Origin: an uncultured Acidobacteriota bacterium
GTDB taxonomy: Bacteria > Acidobacteriota > Blastocatellia > RBC074
Assembly: GCA_963796275.1 (NCBI GenBank)
Contig: CAWCKY010000004.1
Coordinates: forward strand, 1,344,001 to 1,408,000
DNA length: 64,000 bases
Direction: 5' to 3'
The translations under genes were made by a program, and so were the position numbers. Below, one piece after another: positions 41,903-51,583 of this stretch. The number at the start of each line of letters is the position of its first letter. Position 1 is the first letter of the stretch. The notes under the pieces are model-generated. The model worked only from the letters and a program-made list of their open reading frames with translations. It was not told the DNA's origin and made no database searches.

Positions 41903-44900
41903 CTAAAATGTCAGCTTGAGTCCGAGTTGTATCTGTCGCGAATCCGTCACTGTCGAAGTAATCCTTCCTGCTGCCGACGGTGTCGTAGCCACTCCCTCGG
42001 GGCTGACACCCGTAAAAACGACCAGGCCTGAAGGCACGGCGAAGTTCGGATGGTTCGGCAGATTGAAGACCTCGGCACGGAATTGAAGCGCGCGATTTTC
42101 ACCGAGCGGAAAAGATTTGCCAACCGAGGCATCGATGCCGATCATTCCGGGGCCGATCAGCGTATTGCGTCCGAGCGTTCCGCGCGTATTGGCCGCGGGT
42201 ACCTCGAATGCGTTCGGATCATAATAGAGGTTCGGCCCGCCCAGTATCGGATTGATCGTGCTGCCCGGTTTCACGTTCGGCCGCTCGTGCGCCGAGAAGC
42301 TGGTCGTGTTGAGATTCCCCGAACGGTTAAAGCCCAGCCTCACGGTGAACGGCACGCCGGAACGAATCGCGCCGATGTTATTTATCTGCCAACCTTTCAA
42401 GAGAGCCCCGGCTACCCCTTTAGCCTTGCGCCCGAACGGCAGGTCATAGGTCCAGTTGAAGGTCAGATTGTGTTTGATGTGAAAGGCCGACAACCCGCGA
42501 TCGAGTGTGCGGTCATACCAGTCCAGCACGTACTGCACGTTGTTGACGAAGTCCTGCGAGTTAATCCCGCTCGAGTCGTCGATCGAGCGTGCGTAGGTAT
42601 AGGAGAGTTGTGTGCGCAGCCCCCCCGCATAACGCTTGACAACCGAGACCTGCGCCGAATTGTAGAACGATTGCGCATCGGTCACGCGCTGCCAGATGCC
42701 CGTGAAATTCGGATTGCGCCGCCCCATTGTCGGCTGATAGGTCTTCACCCCGTTGACTATCGTTTCGGGCGCCAGGTTAGCGTCGCCCAAACGAATGAGA
42801 TGATTTCCCCGCGAACCGGCATAGGCCAGAGTCATATCGAAGCCGCCGGGCAATGAGCGCTGAACGCTCAGGTTGTATTGCATAATGTAGGGCGTCTGCA
42901 TATCGAAGTTGGCTGTCTGCACTTGCGCCGGGATGGGGGCGTTCGGGTTGAAGTTGGCGAGGATGTTGGGGAACGGTATCGGCGCGATTCTGCTGTCGAG
43001 CGAGGTCCGCGTGGTAAACGGCGGATTGAGGCTGCCGGAGAAGAAATAATACTTCGGCAGTATTTGGTCATAGAACATGCCGAATCCGGCGCGGATCGCG
43101 GTCTTTCCGTCACCGAACGGATCCCACGCGATCCCGATCCTGGGCGCGAAATTCTTCAGCGAGGGATTGTTGTGCCACGGATCGCCGACCGTGATCTGGC
43201 TATCGGTCACCTGCCGCAGGTTGGAGATCTTTCCGTTTACCTCAGTTGGCACGGTCACAAACTCATAACGCAATCCCAGATTGATGGTGAGATGCGGTCT
43301 CAACTTGAAATCATCCTGAATGAAAAACCCGAAGAGCGACTGTCGGTAACCCCGCACCGGATCGATCCTGCCTGGCACGGCCAGGTCGACGCTGTTGGGG
43401 CGTCCCTGCAGGAAGCGCTCGAGGTTGTCGAAAATGACGACGCCGCCCCTCTGACTGACGGTGTTCTGGTTGAACTGGAGCCGCTGAGCCAGCCCTCCGA
43501 ATTTCAAACCGTGCGAGCCACGGGTCATAAATATCGTATCGCTCACCTGAAAGTTGTTCAGGCGATCGAGCCTCGGCAGTCGAAAATCGCCACCCAGTTC
43601 AGTCACCAGTCCGGAGATATTGATCGCACCGAATGGCTCGCCGGGAATGAACAATAACGACTCGGGGATGTCGATGGTGCGCTGGTTCTCGGCTTCCTGC
43701 ACCGACCGATTGAAGCCAAACTGCGCGGTGTTGATCGCACCCGAAGCGAAAGTATGCAGATATTCCATTGTTAAATATTGGTTGCGCGAGCGCTCCTTGG
43801 TAAATGCCACCGGCGGCCTATTGGCTATCTGGCGATTTACGTCGCCGTGGTCGAATGTGTATCGGCCCCAAAGCTTGTTGCGTTCGGAGAGCTGGTGATC
43901 GATCCGGCCCTGGAAGAAATATTCATCGGTCGGTTGTAAAGTCGAAAAGAAGTACTCACCGCCGCCGCTCAACAGGCCCCTTGAATTCCTGATCAGTCTG
44001 CCGTTGACTCGGGGGAAAAAAAGGTCGAGATAGTTCGGAATGCTTGGATGGAGCCCCACATTGCGGAACTGCGGCGACCCATCCTGATTGAAGAGCGGTT
44101 CCCCAATCCGATCGGCAGCCTGTAACAGCCCCTGGCGCGCATTGTCATCGGGCACGGTTGTCAGGCCGGTGATGCCCAGTCGTTCGATCAACCCTTCAAA
44201 AGCAGCGAAAAAGAACGTTTTCTCCTTGCGGATCGGGCCTCCGAGAACTCCGCCCATTTGATTGCGCTTGAATGGCGGGATCGGCAAGTCCTGCCGGTCG
44301 AAGTAGTTCTTGGCGTCGAGCGCTGAATTGCGATGGAAGTGGAAGAGAGACCCGTGATAGCTGTTCGTCCCCGAACGCGTGACCGCATTGATGACGCCGC
44401 CGGAGGAACGCCCGAATTCCGCCGAGTAGGCATTGGTCAACACCTGAAATTCCAGGATAGCCTCGACGCCGAGCAGCACGCCGGCAACCGATCCGGGCGT
44501 CTTGTTGTAGACATTATTGATGTCGGTGCCGTCGAGCAGGAAATTGTTCTGTTCAGGGCGCGCGCCATTAATCGAGATCTTGGGCGTGCGCCCGCCGATC
44601 GCATCGTTTCCTGCAGCCAGCGCCGCGCTCACGCCCGTCTGCAGCAGGGCGAGTTGCTGGAATGAGCGGCCATTGAGCGGCAGATCGCGGATTTCATCCT
44701 TGGTGACGAGGCCGCTGAGCGCCGCCGATGTGATATTGACTGCCGGCGCTGAAGCCTCGACCGTGACCAGGCTCTCGAGCTGGCCGACGGCCAGTGTCGC
44801 ATCGGCTACTACATCCTGACCGACAGCGAGCGTGACGCCTCGCCGCAGGTGAGGCTGAAAACCGGCGGCCGTCACGCGCACCTCGTAATCGCCGGATGGC

Positions 44901-45130
44901 AACAGCGGCATCCGGTAATTACCATTGGCATTGGTGGCCGTAGTTTGCGTGAGGCCGGTCGCCACGTTGCGCACTTCGACCTTGGCGTTTGCGACAGTAG
45001 CGCCGCTCTCGTCAGTCACTGTTCCCTGTATGCTCGCGCCAACCGTTTGCCCGAAAGCAATGCCGCTGTAGAAGAACCATGGGGCGATCAAAAGGGTAGA
45101 CAGGCTGAAGACAATCGTACGAAAGTTCAT
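41903..45130 (-). CDS. TonB-dependent receptor with carboxypeptidase-regulatory-like domain
   Basis: Signal peptide; IQGTVTDESGA; LPLNGRSFQQLA; EFQVLTNAYSAEFGRSSGG; FIQDDFK; C-terminal RQIQLGLKLTF. Confidence 0.93.
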   Translation of the reverse strand: MNFRTIVFSLSTLLIAPWFFYSGIAFGQTVGASIQGTVTDESGATVANAKVEVRNVATGLTQTTATNANGNYRMPLLPSGDYEVRVTAAGFQPHLRRGVTLAVGQDVVADATLAVGQLESLVTVEASAPAVNITSAALSGLVTKDEIRDLPLNGRSFQQLALLQTGVSAALAAGNDAIGGRTPKISINGARPEQNNFLLDGTDINNVYNKTPGSVAGVLLGVEAILEFQVLTNAYSAEFGRSSGGVINAVTRSGTNSYHGSLFHFHRNSALDAKNYFDRQDLPIPPFKRNQMGGVLGGPIRKEKTFFFAAFEGLIERLGITGLTTVPDDNARQGLLQAADRIGEPLFNQDGSPQFRNVGLHPSIPNYLDLFFPRVNGRLIRNSRGLLSGGGEYFFSTLQPTDEYFFQGRIDHQLSERNKLWGRYTFDHGDVNRQIANRPPVAFTKERSRNQYLTMEYLHTFASGAINTAQFGFNRSVQEAENQRTIDIPESLLFIPGEPFGAINISGLVTELGGDFRLPRLDRLNNFQVSDTIFMTRGSHGLKFGGLAQRLQFNQNTVSQRGGVVIFDNLERFLQGRPNSVDLAVPGRIDPVRGYRQSLFGFFIQDDFKLRPHLTINLGLRYEFVTVPTEVNGKISNLRQVTDSQITVGDPWHNNPSLKNFAPRIGIAWDPFGDGKTAIRAGFGMFYDQILPKYYFFSGSLNPPFTTRTSLDSRIAPIPFPNILANFNPNAPIPAQVQTANFDMQTPYIMQYNLSVQRSLPGGFDMTLAYAGSRGNHLIRLGDANLAPETIVNGVKTYQPTMGRRNPNFTGIWQRVTDAQSFYNSAQVSVVKRYAGGLRTQLSYTYARSIDDSSGINSQDFVNNVQYVLDWYDRTLDRGLSAFHIKHNLTFNWTYDLPFGRKAKGVAGALLKGWQINNIGAIRSGVPFTVRLGFNRSGNLNTTSFSAHERPNVKPGSTINPILGGPNLYYDPNAFEVPAANTRGTLGRNTLIGPGMIGIDASVGKSFPLGENRALQFRAEVFNLPNHPNFAVPSGLVVFTGVSPEGVATTPSAAGRITSTVTDSRQIQLGLKLTF

Positions 45131-45389
45131 TGAAGCGCCTCCTGCAATTCCCGTGAGCGTCCGCGCTCACGAAAGTTGTTCTGTTTCAAGAGGTCGTCCG
45201 CAACATCATGAACGACACCTTATTGTTTTAGTAACACTGTTCGTATTCGATTCTGATGTATAAGTCTTGCTTCTTTCTATTCTCTCTATTCTTTCTCGAT
45301 GAGGAGCAGTAAAGCCATTTCGAACGGTGGCGGTATTCTACAACCAGAAAAAGGATCGAGGAATAGATAATAGGCTGAGGAAAGTAAAA

Positions 45390-45456
45390 CGGAGGTAGAA
45401 GAATTCGAACCTTCGGTAGAGGTTTAGTCCCCACGATGGTTTAGCAAACCGCCGCC
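45390..45456 (-). repeat. Degenerate copy of the 3' two-thirds of tRNA-Ser(GCT) (att-like direct repeat)
   Basis: cggaggtagaagaattcgaaccttcggtagaggtttagtccccacgatggtttagcaaaccgccgcc aligns to 51364-51431 with about 7 transitions and 1 indel, in the same orientation. Confidence 0.9.
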
Positions 45457-45806
45457 CGGTCGCATAAAGTACTACGATGGTTTAGCAAACCGCCGCCCTA
45501 TCACGTGAAGTACTATGGCGAGGATGACCATATAGAACAGCTCCGAGCCGTAGGTCATGATCGGTCATTAGCTAAGGCTCGCTCTCGAACAAGCTCGCGC
45601 CCGCGCCGGAGACGCTTCCCGAGAAATCAAGCTGCAACCGAGTCTCATTGATTACACTCTCGATCCGTAGATGGAGAGTTATCTCCATCTATAGTTGTAC
45701 CCGTCGGTCATCTCAAAGTATCAATCAAATCACCTCGCTGGGTAGATGGCGTGAGGCAGCCTTGATGGTACCCTCCTCGATGTACCATAGAAAGAGACTG
45801 CATCTC

Positions 45807-46037
45807 TTAGCCTTTGTTCAAGCGTCGTGTACTTACGGCATGGGCCTGGTATTTACGGGCGACTTGCGCCATTCCCAGTCCGCCGTCCAGTTCGGCGAGG
45901 ACTTTCAATTCGAACTCTTTGGTGAACTGCCATCGCTGGAGGCCTGTTTTCTTCTTGAGACGCATTGTTAAGTGTCTTTCCGCTGTCGTCAGCGAATTTA
46001 CAAATTAACTTTTTGTCTCATCTAGGTTCACCTCACA
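45807..46037 (-). mobile_element. IS3-family remnant (truncated OrfA HTH plus probable left end)
   Basis: 45965->45807 reads MRLKKKTGLQRWQFTKEFELKVLAELDGGLGMAQVARKYQ...stop, resembling HTH_Tnp_1. Upstream TGTGAGGTGAACCTAGATGAGACA resembles an IS3-type TG-starting IR. Confidence 0.65.
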
Positions 46038-46103
46038 ACAACCACCACAATCCTGGGCATGCGCCTTGTGTCCTAGACGTGTGCCTCGGGAGGGAAAGGG
46101 TAT

Positions 46104-47684
46104 ATGAATACACTCAACAAACTTACGTTGAATTGCGTCTTATTGGCGTTCTTGATAATGGACTTGACTGTCTCTACACGAGCGCAAAATATCGCGGGGG
46201 CGAACTCTAGCCTCCAGGAAGCAATGCAGGAGTCTCCGGATCGTCAGCCTCCGGGCGGGACCGATACGACGCAGCGACTCCGCTTTTGGAACGAGATCGC
46301 CCTGAAAGCCAATGGGCGTGATCACGCGCGCCTGGCCCCCCTGAGACCGAATCAACCGGGCCCGCTCCGGACTGCCCGCGCGTTCTCCATCGTGCATATC
46401 GCGATATTCGACGCATACAATGCGATCGTGGGAGGTTACGAGAGCTACACCGGCTTTACCCCGATCTTGGGAGGGAGCGCCACTAATCTTGAGGAGGAGG
46501 ATATCGATATAGAAGGCGCCAAAAGGCGCGCATCGGTAGATGCGGCGATTATCCAGGCGGCCGCCACTACGCTGAAGGCTCTCTATCCATCCCAGGCGAC
46601 GGATATCGAAAACGTTCGGCGGGTAGACCTCCTCTCGATTCCCGCTGGGTCGGCGAAAAACAACGGGATAGCAATCGGACAGCAGGCGGCGAATGCGATT
46701 TTGTCGCGCAGGAGCAATGACGGCTCTCAGCATAACGAGCCGGTTTACGGCGTCGGATATATCCCAAATCCGGCCTTCGGCAAGTGGCGTCGGGATCCGG
46801 TCTCAACTACGCCGGAGAACCCCGGACTCGCTCTCGGGGCGTTCTGGAGCGCGCTGGTTCAGCCTTTTGTCATACTTTCCGCCGGCCAGTTCAAGCCTGT
46901 TCCACCGCCCCCCCTGTCGAGCTTGGCTTACGCTTTGGCGTTCACTGAGGTGAAACTGTTAGGCGGCGACCCCGAACAAGGCACGCCGACGCAGCGGACC
47001 GCGGACCAGACGATCGCCGGAATCTACTGGGGTTACGACGGAACGCCGTTCGTAGGCACACCGAACCGGCTCTACAATCAAATTGCGGTGCATATCGCCA
47101 CCCTGAAGGGAACCAGAGGCATCAGGCTCGCGCGGCTGTTGGCTCTGGTGAATGTGGCGATGGCCGACGCCGGCCTTGCTTGCTGGGAGGCGAAGTATCG
47201 CGAGGAATTCTGGCGGCCGATTACCGGCATCCGGCAAGGCAATAACGACCCCAACCCACTCACCATCAGAGATCCGAACTTCATTCCGCTCGGCTCGCCG
47301 GCCAGCAACACCAACGGGCCGAATTTCACGCCGCCCTTCCCGGCGTATACGTCCGGCCACGCGACCTTCGGGGGCGCTCTCTTCCAGGCGCTGCGCAGAT
47401 TTTACCGGACCGATGCGATCCCCTTCAGCTTCATTTCGGACGAGTTCAACGGGGTGACGCGGGACAATCAGGGTAATGTGCGCCCAATTGTTCTGCGTAG
47501 TTTCGCCACGCTTACAGCGGCCGAAGAAGAGAACGGCCAGAGCCGCATCTATCTCGGCGTCCACTGGCGCTTTGATAAGACCGAAGGGATCGAACAAGGC
47601 AGACGGGTGGGTGATTACGTCTTCAACAATTCCTTCCGGAAACGGACTTTCGGCGGGGCACTTATCCCCGATGACAACGAGTAA
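46104..47684 (+). CDS. Vanadium-dependent haloperoxidase (PAP2 superfamily), secreted
   Basis: Vanadate-binding motifs KYREEFWRP, PPFPAYTSGH and SRIYLGVHWRFD; WNEIAL and AIFDAYN in the N-region; signal peptide; GGGAGG upstream. Confidence 0.88.
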   Translation: MNTLNKLTLNCVLLAFLIMDLTVSTRAQNIAGANSSLQEAMQESPDRQPPGGTDTTQRLRFWNEIALKANGRDHARLAPLRPNQPGPLRTARAFSIVHIAIFDAYNAIVGGYESYTGFTPILGGSATNLEEEDIDIEGAKRRASVDAAIIQAAATTLKALYPSQATDIENVRRVDLLSIPAGSAKNNGIAIGQQAANAILSRRSNDGSQHNEPVYGVGYIPNPAFGKWRRDPVSTTPENPGLALGAFWSALVQPFVILSAGQFKPVPPPPLSSLAYALAFTEVKLLGGDPEQGTPTQRTADQTIAGIYWGYDGTPFVGTPNRLYNQIAVHIATLKGTRGIRLARLLALVNVAMADAGLACWEAKYREEFWRPITGIRQGNNDPNPLTIRDPNFIPLGSPASNTNGPNFTPPFPAYTSGHATFGGALFQALRRFYRTDAIPFSFISDEFNGVTRDNQGNVRPIVLRSFATLTAAEEENGQSRIYLGVHWRFDKTEGIEQGRRVGDYVFNNSFRKRTFGGALIPDDNE

Positions 47685-47707
47685 TACTCGATTAGATAAA
47701 GAGCGCC

Positions 47708-48270
47708 GTGGATGTCGCAGTAAGGCAAGCCAGTTGGATCGCCGAGCAGCTGACGGCAGAGACGAGCCCCGAGATAGCTCTGGACGGCAGCTATGGCAAT
47801 CTCAAATTCTTTCGTGGGATACGCGGCGTGAGAAGTTTTGCGACGGCCCGAATGCGAAATGATAGGGTGCTCTACCAAATCCCGCAGACACCCGCTGAAG
47901 GCGAACCGATGAAGCCTGGACGTCCACCGAAATATGGCCAGGAATTCCGCTTCGCTGACCCCCAGACTTGGCCGACACCGGATGAAGTCCTCGAGTTTGA
48001 AAACGCGCAATATGGGCGTGTCCGTCTGCAATTGTGGTCAACCTTACGATTCCGGACGAAAAAGAATGAGATTGTTGATATCCCCGCCGTTGTCCGCTCG
48101 CAGATTCATTTGGAGAGGGACCAGCCGCCCGCACCGCATTGGTACGGAGTACATAATGGGACGACAGAAGAGACCACTCTGGGTCGCGTCTTTGAGTGCA
48201 TCACGCATCGTTGGCCGATAGAGCCCGCCAACCGATTTCGCAAAGAAAGACTCTACGCCGAGCTGCCGAA
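47708..48270 (+). pseudogene. IS701-like DDE transposase internal fragment
   Basis: LDGSYGN..F, RMRNDRVLY, GRPPKYG..F..DPQTW and RWPIEPANRFRK; the N- and C-termini are missing. Confidence 0.75.
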
Positions 48271-48727
48271 TGTAGTCGGTAAAATAGGGAGTGGGAATGG
48301 AGAGTCGTGGCTTTTCTCCACTCTCCACTTCCTATTTCCCATTTTTCTGTGCCACATCTTTCTGGTCGACAAACACTTTGGATAAATTATCAGGGCAATC
48401 CGTCGGCGAGATACCCGGCGGAGGGATCGATCTCTTTCCCGCTTCCGCCTTTCTCATTCCTATCACACTAATCCCTCGGTATAGTCCGAGGGCGCTCGTT
48501 ACTGCTCGAAGCTGACAAGCGCTGATTCGCTCACTTTGTAGGCGCATCTTCCGTCGCGTCACGTTTGGCGGCTTCGGCCTTGCGTCTTTGATCCAAGCAT
48601 CGTAGCCTGAATAGGATCAACAAACTGATTAATCACTGTCGCTTTCACGCCACTTAATTCTCTCTGCCGAGATTACGCCACTGATTAGTCCCTAACACCG
48701 GGTAATTCCACTCGGAAGAATTCAAAC

Positions 48728-49087
48728 ATGGAGCACCAGCGCCTCGTGCTGAAGCGGATGCTCTATCTAGACAATAACGCAAAAGGGGAGTTTATGAAGA
48801 ACCAACCGGGAATGGCCGTGGGACCAACTGTGGTAACGGCGCAGGATGATGAATGGGGGCGTCAGAGACGCGAAGAACTACAAAAGGAGGCCGCAGACTT
48901 TGAGGCTCAACTTGCCGCACTGGAGCAGGAATACGCCCGCTCTTCCGCGATAGCCAAAATACTCGGCCGAGCCTTAGGATTCGGGGCCGCCGGCAAGCTG
49001 GAGCGGGCCCGATTCAAGGTAAGTTACAAGCGGGAGCAGTTAGCTGAATTCGAGTCCCTGCATCCCGACGCGCGCACAAAACGGTAA
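48728..49087 (+). CDS. Hypothetical coiled-coil protein
   Basis: 119 aa ORF with helical composition; alternative start ATG 48794 has a GGGGAG RBS. Confidence 0.5.
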   Translation: MEHQRLVLKRMLYLDNNAKGEFMKNQPGMAVGPTVVTAQDDEWGRQRREELQKEAADFEAQLAALEQEYARSSAIAKILGRALGFGAAGKLERARFKVSYKREQLAEFESLHPDARTKR

Positions 49088-49130
49088 TTTCGTGATTGTA
49101 AACTGAGATCGGCGACGTTATTATCGCTAC

Positions 49131-49601
49131 TCAGCCTTTATGCCCGCGGCGGGTCAATTCTTGGCGCGCGAGCCTTCTGACCTGGGAACAATCCATTATC
49201 CAAGAGGCTGCATTTGTCGCTCCGGAGAGCCAGTTCGCGCCTACCCTGCGCACATAATTCCCACTTACATCACGGAGCGATGCCGCCTCCTGTACATCTT
49301 TAGAGCCGACATTGGCCGCGACCCGAACGAGCACCTTTTCCAGCGCGCCGACGGCGGCTTTCGCGATGGCATAGTGAGAGCTACCTTCGATCAGGTTGAT
49401 CAGCGGTTTGACAGCTTGCGCGTCGCCGATATCGCCGAGCACATGCGCCGCGTCCTTCCGCGCCAGATGAGATTCGTCAACGAGCGATGCCAGCAAGGCA
49501 GCCAGCGCCCGTGGATTTCGTGATCTGCTCAACCCTTTGATGGCGCGCCGTCGCGTTTGAACGTTGCTTGACTTCAATCGTCGTAAGTTCCACCACAACA
49601 T
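49131..49601 (-). CDS. HEAT-repeat (PBS lyase-like) protein
   Basis: RRRAIKGL, RKDAAHVLGDIGDAQAVKPLINL and AAVGALEK; GGGGAG RBS. Confidence 0.8.
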   Translation of the reverse strand: MLWWNLRRLKSSNVQTRRRAIKGLSRSRNPRALAALLASLVDESHLARKDAAHVLGDIGDAQAVKPLINLIEGSSHYAIAKAAVGALEKVLVRVAANVGSKDVQEAASLRDVSGNYVRRVGANWLSGATNAASWIMDCSQVRRLARQELTRRGHKG

Positions 49602-49619
49602 AGCTCCCCTTTTTTTGGC

Positions 49620-49859
49620 TCAATCCGGTGTCGGCCAAGTTTCGCTCATCACGAGCACTCGCTTGAGTTCCTTCCCTGCGATACCAAAAAACGACGCCAT
49701 CTGTTTCAGTTGCTCTCGCCCGGTATATTCCGCCGGCGTTGAACAAAACCGCTCGATCCCGGGGGTGAAATCCACACATCTCATGCTCTTCGGCTTGTTG
49801 TGTCCTCTGGAACAATCACCATTCGCCTGCTGGAGCACACAAAATTCACACAGCTTCAT
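49620..49859 (-). CDS. Small Cys-rich hypothetical protein
   Basis: MKLCEFC...C...H...C...FC; AAGGCGG RBS-like site before ATG 49859; ends 18 bp before the HEAT gene. Confidence 0.65.
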   Translation of the reverse strand: MKLCEFCVLQQANGDCSRGHNKPKSMRCVDFTPGIERFCSTPAEYTGREQLKQMASFFGIAGKELKRVLVMSETWPTPD

Positions 49860-49917
49860 AACCGCCTTATTCCGTATTTTGATCGAGCTTAAAATCAATC
49901 ACAATTGATTCGGGAGT

Positions 49918-50112
49918 TCATAAGCCGTTGTTGACCGGGACCATCGAAATGCTCGCAATTAGCCCGATTATTCTACCCTTAGCTGATACTGTCAGAATCT
50001 CTCCATTCTTTGCTTGAAAGCGCCAACGAAACTCGAGCTTTTCGTTTTTGTTAGATTCGAACTGCGCCACCCTCGGGCGCATCGGGTAAGGCTCAGAGAT
50101 CCGCGTGATCAC
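49918..50112 (-). pseudogene. YegP/DUF1508-like small protein or fragment
   Basis: FE...EFRWRFQAKNGEILTVS resembles the DUF1508 motif; the C-terminal half looks degenerate. Confidence 0.5.
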
Positions 50113-50154
50113 TGAACGTTCACTTCCTGCGCCACTAGTTTGGACAAGAGAGAG

Positions 50155-50478
50155 TTAGTCGCTGGGTCGTCCGGCAGATAACACCCTTGAGACAGATAGT
50201 TGATTGGCCCCTTCTCGGTTGACCTCTACGCCATCATTCCCGCCGGCATCTCGATTGTCGCGCTCACTTTTCAATTCCGGGGTGGTTATGAATTCGAAAC
50301 TTATCAGCCCGCGATCGACCTCTTCGAGCGCGATGCGCGTCGCCCTCGTATTTGCAATTCGAATAAGCGGTCGTGCGCCCTTGTGAATCTGTACGGCGCG
50401 CTGGGCCGCAATCAATACCTTGAGAAACCTGTTATCACTTGTGACATTATTCATTGTATTAGTCTGTGTTGCTTTCAT
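50155..50478 (-). CDS. rpoZ: RNA polymerase omega subunit-like protein (paralog outside the usual gmk-rpoZ locus)
   Basis: DNRFLKVLIAAQRAVQIHKGARPLI...RATRIALEEVDRGLI matches the omega consensus NRY.LV..AA.RA.Q...G...KP..IAL.E...G.I. Confidence 0.78.
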   Translation of the reverse strand: MKATQTNTMNNVTSDNRFLKVLIAAQRAVQIHKGARPLIRIANTRATRIALEEVDRGLISFEFITTPELKSERDNRDAGGNDGVEVNREGANQLSVSRVLSAGRPSD

Positions 50479-50702
50479 ATCGATCAATAAACATCGTACT
50501 CGAAGCGAAGCTGGAAACCGCCGCCGGCTACGAGGCGGTGTTCTAGCCATTCGGGCCGAGCCTTGGGATGATGGATAAATACCTCGTTCCCGCGCTCAAT
50601 ATCGCTCGGTCTCCTCCCTCGACATTCGAGCTAACAAATCGAGGTAAACCCTGAATCATCGTTGGCCGATGAATTTGACATGTGCGCGCCGTCATCACAT
50701 TC

Positions 50703-50954
50703 CTAATCTCTCGGCTTAGCCTCGTCTACTTTGAGCGTTTTTCCATTAAGGCTATGACCGTTGAATTTCTCTTTGACTGCGTTAGCCGCTTCTCTAGAGT
50801 TCATTTCAACGAAACCAAAGCCCTTTGATCGTCCTGTCTCTCGGCTGGAGATCACCTGACACGATTCCACCACCCCGACGGCGCTGAACAGATCGCGGAT
50901 TTCCGTACTGGTGGTCGCCTCCGCGAGGTTACCGACAAATAATTTAACTGACAT
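50703..50954 (-). CDS. RRM-domain RNA-binding protein (Rbp type)
   Basis: RNP2 LFVGNL, RNP1 KGFGFVEM and C-terminal LKVDEAKPR. Confidence 0.95.
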   Translation of the reverse strand: MSVKLFVGNLAEATTSTEIRDLFSAVGVVESCQVISSRETGRSKGFGFVEMNSREAANAVKEKFNGHSLNGKTLKVDEAKPRD

Positions 50955-51151
50955 AAGTTATAGACCTTCTTTCTTGAATGGTTGGAGGCAGGACGAATGG
51001 TTCGTAAGAATACCTACAGAGAGGAGAGACCATCCCTAAAAACTTTCTGAAGATTTCCAACAGATATTTGGAAGGTGAGCTGTGTATTTCAGTAATCTGG
51101 AAGATTCCAGATGAACTGATGAAGAGAGTGAGCTAGGCTCAATTCTCATCC

Positions 51152-51180
51152 ACACTACGCTGGGCAGGTAGCGTTGTCAA
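51152..51180 (-). promoter_or_regulatory. Sigma70-type promoter for the RRM gene (about 190 nt leader)
   Basis: TTGACA-17 nt-TAGTGT on the minus strand. Confidence 0.5.
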
Positions 51181-51362
51181 CCTCAGGCGCCTATAAAGTT
51201 TTGCTGGAAGTCCAATCAACAAGAATCACATTACTCCAATGACAGAAACGCTGGTTCGGTCGCGCAAGCACCTAACCTTTTTGTTCGCAATTTGATAATA
51301 AGAATACCCGGAAGATTGGGTAATTTGTAGAACTAAATTTAGGGTGGAACTTAATGAAAAAG

Positions 51363-51454
<92 letters not shown>

Positions 51455-51463
51455 ACAAGCGGC

Positions 51464-51492
51464 ATTGTCATCATGCCAGCTGTCTCTGTCAA
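51464..51492 (-). promoter_or_regulatory. Putative tRNA promoter
   Basis: TTGACA-17 nt-GACAAT, 9 nt upstream of the tRNA. Confidence 0.5.
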
Positions 51493-51583
51493 GCTGTAAT
51501 TCATTCAATTTTCGACAATTTCCGATTCACTAACCGGGATATTAATTATAGGATTGCCCGCGAGCCGGAAAGGATCATCTGTG

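Noticed and set aside
45390-45456. Second tRNA-Ser gene
   Set aside because: Lacks the 5' acceptor strand and most of the D-arm; it is an att-like fragment.
45433-45516. Mini-CRISPR or guide array targeting tRNA
   Set aside because: Only two units with 9-nt variable parts and no effector gene nearby; kept as an att duplication.
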